NCBI GenBank assembly: GCA_000754445.1
Contig: JNSD01000001.1
Coordinates: 9,351 to 73,350, forward strand
Source: an actinobacterium acMicro-4
GTDB lineage: Bacteria; Actinomycetota; Actinomycetes; Actinomycetales; Microbacteriaceae
Reading direction: 5' to 3'
Length of the DNA stretch: 64,000 bases
Shown: positions 31,804-41,763 of the stretch, in pieces
Layout of the letters: every line of letters starts with the position of its first letter
Numbering within the stretch: the stretch's first letter is position 1
The notes under the pieces: model-generated
What the model saw: the letters and a program-made list of their open reading frames with translations, nothing else
Told to the model about the DNA's origin: nothing
Database searches by the model: none
Program-made: the position numbers and the translations under genes

Positions 31804-33111
31804 ATGAAAGATCACTACAGAAATCTTCGCGTCGCTGTCTTGGGTGGTGGCACCGTCGGAGCGCAGGTTGCGAATCGACTGCTGAATGGCGCCAACGAGC
31901 TCGGACAGCGCTCGGGCGCTGGCTTGGAACTCATTGGCGTCGCTGTTCGCTCGCTGGACGCTCCGCGTTCGGCGCCCATTCCCGAGAAACTGCTGACCAC
32001 CGATGCTGCCTCGCTCATCGTGGGGGCTGACATTGTTGTCGAGCTGATGGGTGGGATTGAACCTGCGCGGTCTTTGATTTTGCAGGCGCTGCACTCGGGC
32101 GCCGATGTGATTACCGCCAACAAGGCGTTGCTGGCCGAGCATGGCCCGGAGCTCTTTGCTGCTGCCACCCAGGTCGGAGCGCAGCTCTATTACGAAGCAG
32201 CAGTCGCCGCGGCGATTCCAATTATTCGCCCTCTGCGCGACTCACTGGCCGGAGATCACGTCACCAAAATCATGGGAATTGTCAATGGCACCACCAACTA
32301 CATCCTCGATGAGATGGACCAGAAGGGTCTGAGTTTCGAGCATGCTCTGGCAGAGGCAACCAGCCTCGGCTACGCCGAGGCTGACCCGACCGCGGACATC
32401 GAAGGATTCGATGCTGCGCAAAAAGCCTGCATTTTGTCCTCTCTCGCCTTTCACACCGCTGTCCCCCTGGCGGATGTGTATCGAGAGGGGATCACCGGTG
32501 TGAGCGCTAGCCAAATTGAGGCTGCGAAGCGCTCCGGGCACGTCATCAAACTTCTGGCCATTTGTGAGCGGCTTGTTGATCCGGTGACCGGATTAGACGG
32601 TGTCAGTACTCGCGTGCACCCGACTTTGATTCCTAGGACTCACCCTCTTGCCGCTGCTCACGGTGCCAACAATGCTGTCTATGTCGAGGCAGAAGCTGCC
32701 GGGCCACTGATGTTTTATGGAGCAGGCGCTGGCGGGCTTCAGACTGCCTCGGCGGTGCTCGGCGACATTGTCTCTGCTGCCAGGCGCCACGTTGTCGGCG
32801 GGCCTGGGGTGGGGGAGAGTACCCACGCAGATTTGCCGAGCGTCCCGCTCGAGCGGGTCACCAGCCGACGTCAAGTGAGCCTCGTCGTCAAGGACCAACC
32901 CGGTGTCTTGGCTGCTATTGCGAAAGTCTTTAGCGACAACGGAGTATCCGTCGAAACGCTTCACCAGAGCGCAGCGGACAAAGACGAGACCGCTACGCTG
33001 GTGATTCAGACGCACCGCGCTTCGGAAGCGAGCGGCGAGGACACCGTGGCTGCGTTAGAGAAGAATCCAGTCGTCGTGAAGGTCACCAGCGTGTTGCGAG
33101 TAGAGGGATAG
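31804..33111 (+). CDS. hom: Homoserine dehydrogenase with ACT domain
   Basis: GGGTVG, TANKA, NGTTNYIL, GYAEADP. Confidence 0.96.
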   Translation: MKDHYRNLRVAVLGGGTVGAQVANRLLNGANELGQRSGAGLELIGVAVRSLDAPRSAPIPEKLLTTDAASLIVGADIVVELMGGIEPARSLILQALHSGADVITANKALLAEHGPELFAAATQVGAQLYYEAAVAAAIPIIRPLRDSLAGDHVTKIMGIVNGTTNYILDEMDQKGLSFEHALAEATSLGYAEADPTADIEGFDAAQKACILSSLAFHTAVPLADVYREGITGVSASQIEAAKRSGHVIKLLAICERLVDPVTGLDGVSTRVHPTLIPRTHPLAAAHGANNAVYVEAEAAGPLMFYGAGAGGLQTASAVLGDIVSAARRHVVGGPGVGESTHADLPSVPLERVTSRRQVSLVVKDQPGVLAAIAKVFSDNGVSVETLHQSAADKDETATLVIQTHRASEASGEDTVAALEKNPVVVKVTSVLRVEG

Positions 33112-34259
33112 TGCCGATGCCAATCTTCCAGCGCGGTCTTTTTGGTGGCTCACGACCCATCGGACCCCAGCACACCCGGGGTTCCAGAATTTGGCGCGGG
33201 GTGATTCACGAATACGCCGATCGTCTCGATGTGAGCAAGGCCACCCCGGTGGTGACCCTCGGCGAGGGTGGCACGCCACTGATTGAAGCCCACCATCTCT
33301 CCGAGCTCACCGGCCTTCGGGTATTTGTGAAGTTCGAAGGTATGAACCCCACGGGCTCGTTCAAAGACCGCGGCATGACGATGGCTGTCTCTAAAGCCAA
33401 AGAACACGGCGCCAAGGTTGTGGTGTGTGCTTCCACGGGCAACACCTCTGCCTCGGCCGCCGCCTACGCCGCCTATGGCGGCATGGCCTGCGCCGTATTG
33501 GTGCCCGATGGCAAAATTTCGATGGGAAAGCTGAGCCAGGCCGTGGCTCACAACTCCCACGTCCTCCAGGTGGATGGCAACTTTGATGACTGCCTCGACA
33601 TCGCGCGGGAGCTCGCGGAGAATTACCCCGTTCACCTGGTCAACTCAGTCAACAATGACCGCATTGAAGGTCAGAAGACAGCGTCTTTTGAAGTCATTGA
33701 TGTCCTCGGCAGAGCGCCCGACTACCACTTCTTGCCTGTGGGCAACGCTGGCAACTACACCGCCTATCACCGCGGATACCGCGAAGAGGCGAATCGCGGG
33801 CGCATCGACCGTGTGCCCCAGATGATGGGTTTCCAGGCTGCTGGCTCAGCGCCGATTGTGACCGGAGAGCGCGTTGCTAAGCCCGAGACCATTGCCAGTG
33901 CGATTCGGATTGGTAATCCGGCCTCGTGGGATTTGGCGCTGGCCGCTAGGGAAGACACCGACGGGTACTTCGGCGCGATTGACGATGCCGGGATTCTTGC
34001 CGCCCACCGCTTGCTCTCCCGGACTGTCGGAGTATTCGTGGAGCCCTCGTCTGCGATTAGCGTTGCGGGCTTGCTTGAGCGCTCGCAGGCTGGCGTGTTG
34101 CGCAAGGGTGCCACCGCCGTTCTCACCGTGACAGGACACGGGCTCAAAGATCCCCTGTGGGCACTGAAGAACGAAGACGGTTCTGAGGCTGAGCCCACCA
34201 AGGTCCCCATCGACATCTCTCACATTGCGGAGGTTCTTGGATTGGCGGCTAACCGATGA
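33111..34259 (+). CDS. thrC: Threonine synthase
   Basis: NPTGSFKDRG, ASTGNT, PVGNAGN. Confidence 0.95.
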   Translation: MPMPIFQRGLFGGSRPIGPQHTRGSRIWRGVIHEYADRLDVSKATPVVTLGEGGTPLIEAHHLSELTGLRVFVKFEGMNPTGSFKDRGMTMAVSKAKEHGAKVVVCASTGNTSASAAAYAAYGGMACAVLVPDGKISMGKLSQAVAHNSHVLQVDGNFDDCLDIARELAENYPVHLVNSVNNDRIEGQKTASFEVIDVLGRAPDYHFLPVGNAGNYTAYHRGYREEANRGRIDRVPQMMGFQAAGSAPIVTGERVAKPETIASAIRIGNPASWDLALAAREDTDGYFGAIDDAGILAAHRLLSRTVGVFVEPSSAISVAGLLERSQAGVLRKGATAVLTVTGHGLKDPLWALKNEDGSEAEPTKVPIDISHIAEVLGLAANR

Positions 34260-35200
34260 GCGCAAAAATCCCTCTCGGCCGACGCGTGCAGGTTAAGGTC
34301 CCCGCCACCACCGCAAATCTTGGCCCAGGCTTTGACACCCTCGGAATGGCTTTGACGATCGGTGATGAACTCATCGTCACGGCGGTCAAGGCCTCCGGCA
34401 TTACCGTCGAGGTTCACGGCGTTGGCGCTGGGGAAGTGGCCACCGATGAGACCAACCTGATTGCGCGCTCCCTCGCCCACGCCTTCGCCTCACAGGGCAT
34501 CCCGGTTCCTGGCCTGCATTTCGAGGCTCACAACGTGATTCCTCACGGTCGTGGGCTCGGATCCTCCGGTGCCGCCATCGTTGCCGGTGTGATGGCCGCC
34601 AAGGGTTTACTCGAGGGCATCGCGGAGTTCAGCTCATCCGAGCTTTTGGCTTTGGCGACCGATATGGAAGGCCACCCCGACAACATTGCTCCCTCGCTCT
34701 TTGGTGGTTTGACGATTGCCTGGATGACAGATCAGGGTCCCAAGCACAAGAAACTCAGTGTTCACCGCGGTGTTTCGCTGGTGGTCGCTGTTCCTGAGGA
34801 CGCCAGCATGTCGACTTCCCTCGCGAGAAGCCTGCAACCCGAGACAGTGCCTCACAAGGACGCAATCTTCAACCTCTCCAGATCGGCGCTTTTGATCGCC
34901 GCGCTCATTCAAAGCCCAGAGTTGCTCTTTGAGGCAACGGAGGACCGCCTTCACCAGAACTACCGCGCGAGTGCGATGAAGGACACCGATGCACTGCTGC
35001 AGTCGCTGCGCAAGCTCGGCTTCGCCGCGGTGGTCTCTGGCGCTGGCCCGTCAGTCTTGGTGTTGTGCTCCGATCCGAGTCAGCGCCTGGGCGTCGCCGA
35101 GGTTGTTGCCGCTCATCCCGGGGGCAAGTGGACAAGCCACATGCTCACCGTCGATGAGCGAGGTGCTACAGTAGAAGAACTTCCGGCGCTCGCCGACTGA
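34256..35200 (+). CDS. thrB: Homoserine kinase
   Basis: ANLGPGFD, PHGRGLGSSG, EGHPDN, SGAGP. Confidence 0.96.
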   Translation: MSAKIPLGRRVQVKVPATTANLGPGFDTLGMALTIGDELIVTAVKASGITVEVHGVGAGEVATDETNLIARSLAHAFASQGIPVPGLHFEAHNVIPHGRGLGSSGAAIVAGVMAAKGLLEGIAEFSSSELLALATDMEGHPDNIAPSLFGGLTIAWMTDQGPKHKKLSVHRGVSLVVAVPEDASMSTSLARSLQPETVPHKDAIFNLSRSALLIAALIQSPELLFEATEDRLHQNYRASAMKDTDALLQSLRKLGFAAVVSGAGPSVLVLCSDPSQRLGVAEVVAAHPGGKWTSHMLTVDERGATVEELPALAD

Positions 35201-35383
35201 CCCCAGTTAGCGCTCCGGATAGCCTCATCACATAACACGCCACGAAGTTCTTTCAGGCGTTGGAGGGTCATTCGTGACAGAGGGACTACGGTCCCTTCGG
35301 CCCCCAGGCAAGCCAGGCGCGTGTGTGAGGAGAAACATCACACAGTGTGATGCCACGCATCGTGGCACGAACTAGGAGACAAC

Positions 35384-36889
35384 ATGGACTTAGATACCCA
35401 AGAACCAACCTCAAACGAGGCAGTAGGCCAACCACGCAAGCGCGGCTCGCGCCGGGTCGTATCCACCGAGCTCGCAGTGGACTCGGCCACAGCCCCATCG
35501 GCAACAGGCCCATCGGCAGACGCCACTGGGGAAGCGAACCCTGCAGAAGCAGCTCCTGAACGCCCGCGCCGTCGCCGGGCCCAAGCCGATGAGGCTGCGC
35601 CCGCGCGTGACGAGAGCGCCACTGAATCCTCGGACGAGGGCTCCGACAATGGCGATGACAACGGCTTTAACCGTGGTCGCGGCCGTGGTCGAGGCCGGGA
35701 TCGCCGACGTGGTCGTGGCTCATTCGGCGAAGACGGGGATCCTGAAATCTCCGATGATGACGTCTTGATTCCTATCGGTGGCATCTTGGATGTTCTGGAC
35801 AACTACGCGTTTGTTCGCACCCAGGGATACCTTCCTGGCTCCACCGATGTCTATGTTTCACTCGGCCAGGTCAAGAAATACAACCTGCGCAAGGGTGACG
35901 CGGTTATCGGCGCAATCCGCCAGCCCCGCGATGGGGAAAACCAAGGGCGTCAGAAGTACAACGCTTTGGTGAGTGTTGACAGCGTCAACGGTCAGACCAT
36001 TGATGAGGCTGCCAGTCGCGTTGACTTCCAGGCCTTGACCGCTGTCTACCCCGCCGAGCGCCTGCGGATGGAGACCTCAGCGGAGAACATTACGGGCCGC
36101 GTTCTGGACATTGTCACCCCCGTTGGTAAGGGTCAGCGCGGTGTTATTGTTGGCGCCCCGAAGACCGGAAAGTCGATGATTCTCTCAGCTATGGCTACTG
36201 CGGTTGCCGAGAACGCCCCCGATGCTCACCTGATGGTTGTTCTCATCGACGAGCACCCCGAGGCAATCACCGAACTCCAGCGTCACGCGAAGGGTGAGGT
36301 TATCGCCTCGACCTTCGACCGTTCGGCCGATGATCACACCACCATTGCTGAGCTCGCTGTTGAGCGCGCGAAGCGTTTGGTGGAGCTGGGTCACGACGTT
36401 GTCGTTCTGGTGGATTCCCTCACGAGGCTTGCGAGGGCATATCAGCAGAGCCTCGGTGGTGGTCGCGGACTGGGCGGTGACACCGCCTGGCTCTACCCGA
36501 CGAAAAAGCTCTTCGGAGCTGCTCGCAATGTGGAAAACGGTGGCTCGCTCACCATCATCGGAACCCTCGTGACCGACACCGGTATCCAGGGTGATGACGT
36601 GGTTGCCAGCGAAGTTGCAGGCTCAGCCACCCTCGAGCTCCACGTGAGCCACGAGGCTGCCGCGGCACGCATGTTCCCGGCACTGGATATCTCTCACAGC
36701 GCCACCCGCAAAGATGACCAGTTGCTTGCGAAGGATGAGGCCAGTGCTGTGGCTGACATTCGCAAGGCACTCGGTGCAACCAGCTCAACCGCTGGCCTTG
36801 GTGTCATCTTGGAGGGTATGAAAGCAACCGCCTCGAACGTCGAGTTCCTGGTCGCGATGGGGAAGAAACTCCCTGGCCTTGGCCTCTAA
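35384..36889 (+). CDS. rho: Transcription termination factor Rho, divergent
   Basis: OB fold YAFVR...DVYVS, P-loop PKTGKS, DSLTRLARAY, FGAARN; position thrB-rho-prfA. Confidence 0.9.
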   Translation: MDLDTQEPTSNEAVGQPRKRGSRRVVSTELAVDSATAPSATGPSADATGEANPAEAAPERPRRRRAQADEAAPARDESATESSDEGSDNGDDNGFNRGRGRGRGRDRRRGRGSFGEDGDPEISDDDVLIPIGGILDVLDNYAFVRTQGYLPGSTDVYVSLGQVKKYNLRKGDAVIGAIRQPRDGENQGRQKYNALVSVDSVNGQTIDEAASRVDFQALTAVYPAERLRMETSAENITGRVLDIVTPVGKGQRGVIVGAPKTGKSMILSAMATAVAENAPDAHLMVVLIDEHPEAITELQRHAKGEVIASTFDRSADDHTTIAELAVERAKRLVELGHDVVVLVDSLTRLARAYQQSLGGGRGLGGDTAWLYPTKKLFGAARNVENGGSLTIIGTLVTDTGIQGDDVVASEVAGSATLELHVSHEAAAARMFPALDISHSATRKDDQLLAKDEASAVADIRKALGATSSTAGLGVILEGMKATASNVEFLVAMGKKLPGLGL

Positions 36890-36898
36890 GGAACAGCC

Positions 36899-37975
36899 GT
36901 GTTTGATTCTGTTGATGCGTTAATTGCGGAGTACACCGAGCTTCAAGGCAAGCTCAGTGACCCCGCAGTTCACGCTGACGCAGGGTTGTCTAAGAAACTC
37001 AACCGGCGCTTTGCGGAGCTCTCGAAGATTGTCTCGGCCAATGAGAAGCTCAAGAACCTCATGGATGATTTGGCTGCGGCCAAGGAGTTCGCGAGCGATG
37101 ACGAAGCGCTTGCGGCCGAGGTTCCCGATCTCGAAACGGCTGTTCAAGAAGCCACGGAGACCCTTCGGTCGTTGTTAATTCCGAGGGACCCCGATGATGG
37201 CCGCGATGTCATCATGGAAATTAAGGGCGGTGAAGGCGGCGAGGAGAGTGCCCTGTTCGCTGCAGATCTGTTGCGTATGTACCTTCACTACGCCGAGTCG
37301 CGGGGGTGGAAGTCTGAGGTGCTCGACAAGACCGAGAGTGACATGGGGGGTTATAAGAACATCCAGGTCGCGATTAAGTCGTCCGCCACCGACCCCGCAG
37401 AGGGTGTGTGGGCGAGCCTCAAATATGAGGGTGGCGTTCATCGCGTCCAGCGCGTGCCCGTCACGGAATCTCAGGGCCGTATCCACACCTCCACCACGGG
37501 TGTCCTGATTTTTCCCGAAGTTGACGAACCCGAAGAAGTGGCAATTGGTCCCAATGATTTGAAGATCGATGTCTTCCGATCCAGTGGCCCCGGTGGTCAA
37601 TCTGTGAACACCACAGATTCAGCGGTGCGCATCACCCACCTTCCCACCGGGATAGTCGTGTCGATGCAGAACGAAAAAAGCCAGATTCAAAACCGAGAGG
37701 CCGGAATGCGCGTGCTACGCGCACGAATTCTTGCCAGGCAGCAAGAAGAACTTGCCGCTGTGCAGTCCGATGCCAGGAAGAGCCAGATTCGTGGCATGGA
37801 TCGCTCGGAGCGAATCCGCACCTATAACTTCCCCGAAAACCGCATTGCCGATCACCGCACCGGCTATAAGGCATACAACCTGGACCAGGTCATGAACGGC
37901 CAGCTAGACGCGGTTGTCCGCTCCTGCATTGAAGCCGATGAGGCGGAACGCCTCAGTGCCCTAGGCGAGGCTTAG
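36899..37975 (+). CDS. prfA: Peptide chain release factor 1
   Basis: PVT anticodon-mimic motif, GGQ, RTYNFP. Confidence 0.97.
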   Translation: MFDSVDALIAEYTELQGKLSDPAVHADAGLSKKLNRRFAELSKIVSANEKLKNLMDDLAAAKEFASDDEALAAEVPDLETAVQEATETLRSLLIPRDPDDGRDVIMEIKGGEGGEESALFAADLLRMYLHYAESRGWKSEVLDKTESDMGGYKNIQVAIKSSATDPAEGVWASLKYEGGVHRVQRVPVTESQGRIHTSTTGVLIFPEVDEPEEVAIGPNDLKIDVFRSSGPGGQSVNTTDSAVRITHLPTGIVVSMQNEKSQIQNREAGMRVLRARILARQQEELAAVQSDARKSQIRGMDRSERIRTYNFPENRIADHRTGYKAYNLDQVMNGQLDAVVRSCIEADEAERLSALGEA

Positions 37976-38841
37976 TGGTGTTAGTCGCGGAGGCTCTTGC
38001 CTCGCTCCGCGATCGTTTGGCCGTGGCCGGGGTTCCCTCTCCGGATGCCGATGCCGAACTTCTCCTCGGATCTTTGCTTGGACTATCCCGCGGCGAGCTC
38101 GTGGTGCATGCCCAACTCGGGAAGCACCTCTCCGCCACAGTGAGTGCGGATCTCGAGCCACTCGTGCAACGACGTGAGGCCAGAGAGCCCCTCCAACATA
38201 TTGTCGGTAGGGCGCCGTTTATGAACTTCGAGGTCGAGGTGGGGCCGGGAGTGTTCATTCCCCGACCAGAAACGGAGTCGTTAGCAGAGCGGGCCATTGC
38301 TCTGGCGCAGAGCATCGGTGTTGATGACCGCGGGTTATCGATTGTTGATGTGTGTTCGGGATCGGGTGTCCTCGCAATCTCTCTGGCGAGGGCAGTGCCC
38401 TGGGCTTCGGTGGTTGCACTGGATGTATCGCCGGAAGCGATTCCTTACCTTCAGCGCAATGTGTCTCGTTTGGCGCCCTCTGTTGCGGTGGAGTGTGTGA
38501 GCGTGACGGACTTTGCGAAGACCCAGGCACAATCATCACTCGACATGATTGTGGCAAACCCCCCCTACATTCCAGACTCCGAGATGCCGAACGATCCGGA
38601 AGTGTTCGCTCATGACCCGCACCTGGCGCTCTTTGGTGGTGCTGATGGGCTCGACGTTGTGCGCGAGATTGTTGCCCTGGCTCGTCACGCGCTGCGGCCC
38701 GGTGGAGCGTTGATGATGGAGCACTCGAATATTCAGGGTGCTGCCGTGGCAGAGCTGTTGTCCACCGACGGTTTTCGCACCATTCACACCGAGCAGGATC
38801 TCCTCGGCAGAGACCGCTTTACTCACGCGATAGCGCCCTAG
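37975..38841 (+). CDS. prmC: Release factor glutamine methyltransferase
   Basis: FIPRPETE and NPPY. Confidence 0.94.
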   Translation: MVLVAEALASLRDRLAVAGVPSPDADAELLLGSLLGLSRGELVVHAQLGKHLSATVSADLEPLVQRREAREPLQHIVGRAPFMNFEVEVGPGVFIPRPETESLAERAIALAQSIGVDDRGLSIVDVCSGSGVLAISLARAVPWASVVALDVSPEAIPYLQRNVSRLAPSVAVECVSVTDFAKTQAQSSLDMIVANPPYIPDSEMPNDPEVFAHDPHLALFGGADGLDVVREIVALARHALRPGGALMMEHSNIQGAAVAELLSTDGFRTIHTEQDLLGRDRFTHAIAP

Positions 38842-39455
38842 TTCCTCGAATCCACAAACGCTTGGATGTTCTGGCGGATTGTGGCTCCGGAGTCCTTCGG
38901 CGAAAACCACTGTGTGGTGATGCCGAGGGTCTGTGCGCCTCGGAGGTTTTCTGGCGTGTCGTCAACAAAGAAGGTGTCCTCGCCCGAGTGCCCGTAGCGC
39001 TCGAGGACGCGCTCGAATACGACGGGGTCTGGTTTCCTTGCTCGATAGTGCGCGGTGGCAAACATATGATCCCCAAAGAACGCGATGAGCTCTGGAGCGA
39101 CTTCCCTCAGGTGTTCGCCAATGAGAATCCCATTGTTTGTCAACAGGGTGACCTGTCCAAACTCCGCGGCGAAGGAGACTGCTTCAGTCACCTCGGGTCG
39201 ATAGGCCATCGCTGCCTTGCGAAAATCGACCCATTGTTGCCGGGAAATTGATGACCCGAATGCTTCGTTGACCAACTCCAGGTACTCGTCTCCGGTGTCT
39301 GGGACCCCGGCTTCGGCCTTCCATTCGCCCTCGTCATTCCACCACCGGGAGCGAAGCTCCTGAAAACTCAATCCGGTGACCTTGGTGAGAGCGTCCATTC
39401 TGTGACGCCAGTGGTAGTCGTAGAGGACGTTATCCATGTCAAAAATGAACAGCAT
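38838..39455 (-). CDS. HAD-family phosphatase
   Basis: FDMDNVL, LTN, KPDP, FVDD motifs. Confidence 0.88.
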   Translation of the reverse strand: MLFIFDMDNVLYDYHWRHRMDALTKVTGLSFQELRSRWWNDEGEWKAEAGVPDTGDEYLELVNEAFGSSISRQQWVDFRKAAMAYRPEVTEAVSFAAEFGQVTLLTNNGILIGEHLREVAPELIAFFGDHMFATAHYRARKPDPVVFERVLERYGHSGEDTFFVDDTPENLRGAQTLGITTQWFSPKDSGATIRQNIQAFVDSRN

Positions 39456-39518
39456 GATGCCCCCAAGCCTAGGGCCAGCTCTCACTCTCTCCTTCGGGCG
39501 GCAAACTACACTGGGGGC

Positions 39519-40199
39519 GTGTCCGCTGTGATTGTGCGCGTCGAAAACCCCGAAGAGAGAGAATCCGGGCTTCGTCAAGCCCGTGACGTCCTGTCATCGG
39601 GGCAGTGCATCGTGATGCCGACCGACACTGTCTATGGCATTGCTTGTGATGCCTTCCAGCCGGCTGCCGTGTCTACTCTGCTGGCCACTAAGGGCCGCGG
39701 CCGCCACATGCCACCGCCGGTGTTGGTAGGAAACGCCGAGGACGTTGACATGCTCGTGACCCACATTCCCGGTGGCGCGCAAGCCATCATGGATCACTTC
39801 TGGCCCGGTGGGGTCACCATTGTTTTTGAGGCACGCCCAGACGTCGAGTGGGATTTGGGGGAGACCTCGGGCACAGTCGCGATTCGCATGCCCAATCATC
39901 CAGTCGCCCTCGAGTTACTGCGCTTGAGTGGCCCTCTTGCGGTCTCCAGTGCCAACCGCACAGGCGCGCTTCCAGCGCTCGACGCCGGGGAAGCCCTCGC
40001 TGCGTTTGGTGATGATGTTCCGCTGTATGTGGATGCCAGCCGGGTTGGATTGCTCTACACGGGGGCATCGGGTAATCCGGGTTCGACCATTGTTGACGCC
40101 ACTGGCCTAGCCACTGGACGACCCTGGAAAGTCCTCCGTCACGGGGTGTGTCCCAGTGAAGACCTTCGTGCTGTAGCTGGGGGAGACTGGGACCTGTGA
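39519..40199 (+). CDS. tsaC: L-threonylcarbamoyladenylate synthase (TsaC/Sua5), motifs intact
   Basis: PTDTVYG, KGR, SSAN. Confidence 0.88.
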   Translation: MSAVIVRVENPEERESGLRQARDVLSSGQCIVMPTDTVYGIACDAFQPAAVSTLLATKGRGRHMPPPVLVGNAEDVDMLVTHIPGGAQAIMDHFWPGGVTIVFEARPDVEWDLGETSGTVAIRMPNHPVALELLRLSGPLAVSSANRTGALPALDAGEALAAFGDDVPLYVDASRVGLLYTGASGNPGSTIVDATGLATGRPWKVLRHGVCPSEDLRAVAGGDWDL

Positions 40200-41320
40200 G
40201 CTTCTACGTTGTCATCACCCTCATCGCCTTCGCGGTGAGCTTTGGCCTGGCGCTGGTGCTCTGGCGGCTTGGAATTAAGCACCGCTGGCACCGCGAGATT
40301 AGGCCGCGCGATGTTCACAAAGAGCCAACCCCTCGCCTCGGTGGGATCGCAGTGTTTGTGGGTATGGCAACCGCGGCCGTTATTGCAAGTCCATTTGAGG
40401 CATTTGCTGGTGTCTTTGATGATCCACGGCCGATTCTCTCCGTCTTCGCCGCCGCGTTCATTGTGGTGGCTCTCGGCGTTGTCGATGACCTCATCGAACT
40501 CGATTGGCTCACCAAGCTCTCCGGGCAAATCATCGCTGCTGGCGTGGTGGCGTGGCAGGGGGTCCAGATTGTCTCGTTGCCCATTGGCGGCATAACGCTT
40601 TTTTCCCCCGCCTTGTCGCTCATCCTCACCGTGCTCGCGATTGTGTTGGTGATGAATGCCGTCAACTTCATTGATGGCCTTGACGGTTTAGTTGCGGGTG
40701 TTGCTCTGATTTCCACCGGAGTCTTTTTCCTCTACTCCTTCGTCCTCTCCATCGGAGATTCCAGGGTTACTGGATTTAGCCTTGCCACCTTCCTCACCCT
40801 CCTGCTGGCGGGTGGACTGCTTGGCTTCTTGCCACTCAACTGGCATCCGGCCAAGTTGTTTCTCGGGGACTCGGGCTCGCTCTTGGTGGGCTTGATGATG
40901 TCGGTGAGCGCTATCTCTGTGACTGGACAAATTGATCCGGCCACAGTGAGTCCGACCCAACTATTGCCCGCTTTCCTCCCGGTGATTTTGCCCCTTGCCG
41001 TGTTGATTGTTCCGCTTGTCGATTTCTCGTGGGCGGTCGGTCGACGGCTAAGGCGGGGAATGTCGCCTTTTGATGCCGACCGCGCTCACCTTCACCACCG
41101 GCTCCTTGACATGGGTCACACCCACCAACAAGCGGTCCTGATCCTCTATGCCTGGACGGCAGTGTTGGCCATTGGCACTCTGATGTTTCTCTTTGTGGCC
41201 TGGTATTTTGCGGTGGCAATTATTGCCATCGGGCTTATTGGCTCGGCGCTGGTGACTGTGTCCCCAGGTAGCTCCGCGACCAACGACCCACTCGCTCTTG
41301 ACCAGGAGGTTTCCCCATGA
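40196..41320 (+). CDS. wecA: Polyprenyl-phosphate GlcNAc-1-phosphate transferase (WecA/Rfe)
   Basis: PRLGG, NFIDGLDG, FLGDSG, HLHH. Confidence 0.88.
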   Translation: MSFYVVITLIAFAVSFGLALVLWRLGIKHRWHREIRPRDVHKEPTPRLGGIAVFVGMATAAVIASPFEAFAGVFDDPRPILSVFAAAFIVVALGVVDDLIELDWLTKLSGQIIAAGVVAWQGVQIVSLPIGGITLFSPALSLILTVLAIVLVMNAVNFIDGLDGLVAGVALISTGVFFLYSFVLSIGDSRVTGFSLATFLTLLLAGGLLGFLPLNWHPAKLFLGDSGSLLVGLMMSVSAISVTGQIDPATVSPTQLLPAFLPVILPLAVLIVPLVDFSWAVGRRLRRGMSPFDADRAHLHHRLLDMGHTHQQAVLILYAWTAVLAIGTLMFLFVAWYFAVAIIAIGLIGSALVTVSPGSSATNDPLALDQEVSP

Positions 41321-41763
41321 CTGTGTCCCAGTTAGTTAAGCGAGCCGTAGTCGTGGGCGCCATCGTCACCAGCATCATCGCAATGATTGCCGCAACATGG
41401 GGCGCCCTGGTCTCTGAGCTCCCTGGGATGCTCGGAGCACTCGTGGGCAGTGGGCTCGGGTTTGCGCTTCTTGGACTCACAGCGCTCAGCATCATCTGGG
41501 GTTTCCGCGCGGGCAACGGCGATGTGCTTGCCCCCGCCTTCTTTGGCATTGTCCTTGGCACTTGGCTTGCGAAGTTCGTGGTGTTCTTAGCAATTGTCTT
41601 CTGGCTTGGGGACCAAGGGTGGCTTGATCGAACCGTCTTATTCCTGACGATTGTGGCGTCGCTACTGGCAGGTCTGATCACGGATGTTGCGGTGATTGCC
41701 CGCTCGCGGATGCCCTATGTTTCCGACGTGACTCTCCCTGGAGAGGACAAAGCCAGCGTTTAG
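41317..41763 (+). CDS. 4-TM membrane protein, AtpI-like
   Basis: Four hydrophobic helices, R.PYVSD tail; usual position between wecA and atpB. Confidence 0.6.
   Translation: MTVSQLVKRAVVVGAIVTSIIAMIAATWGALVSELPGMLGALVGSGLGFALLGLTALSIIWGFRAGNGDVLAPAFFGIVLGTWLAKFVVFLAIVFWLGDQGWLDRTVLFLTIVASLLAGLITDVAVIARSRMPYVSDVTLPGEDKASV

Noticed and set aside
35660-35725. Repetitive CCGTGGTCG units in rho
   Set aside because: They encode the Arg/Gly-rich insertion typical of actinobacterial Rho, not an independent repeat array
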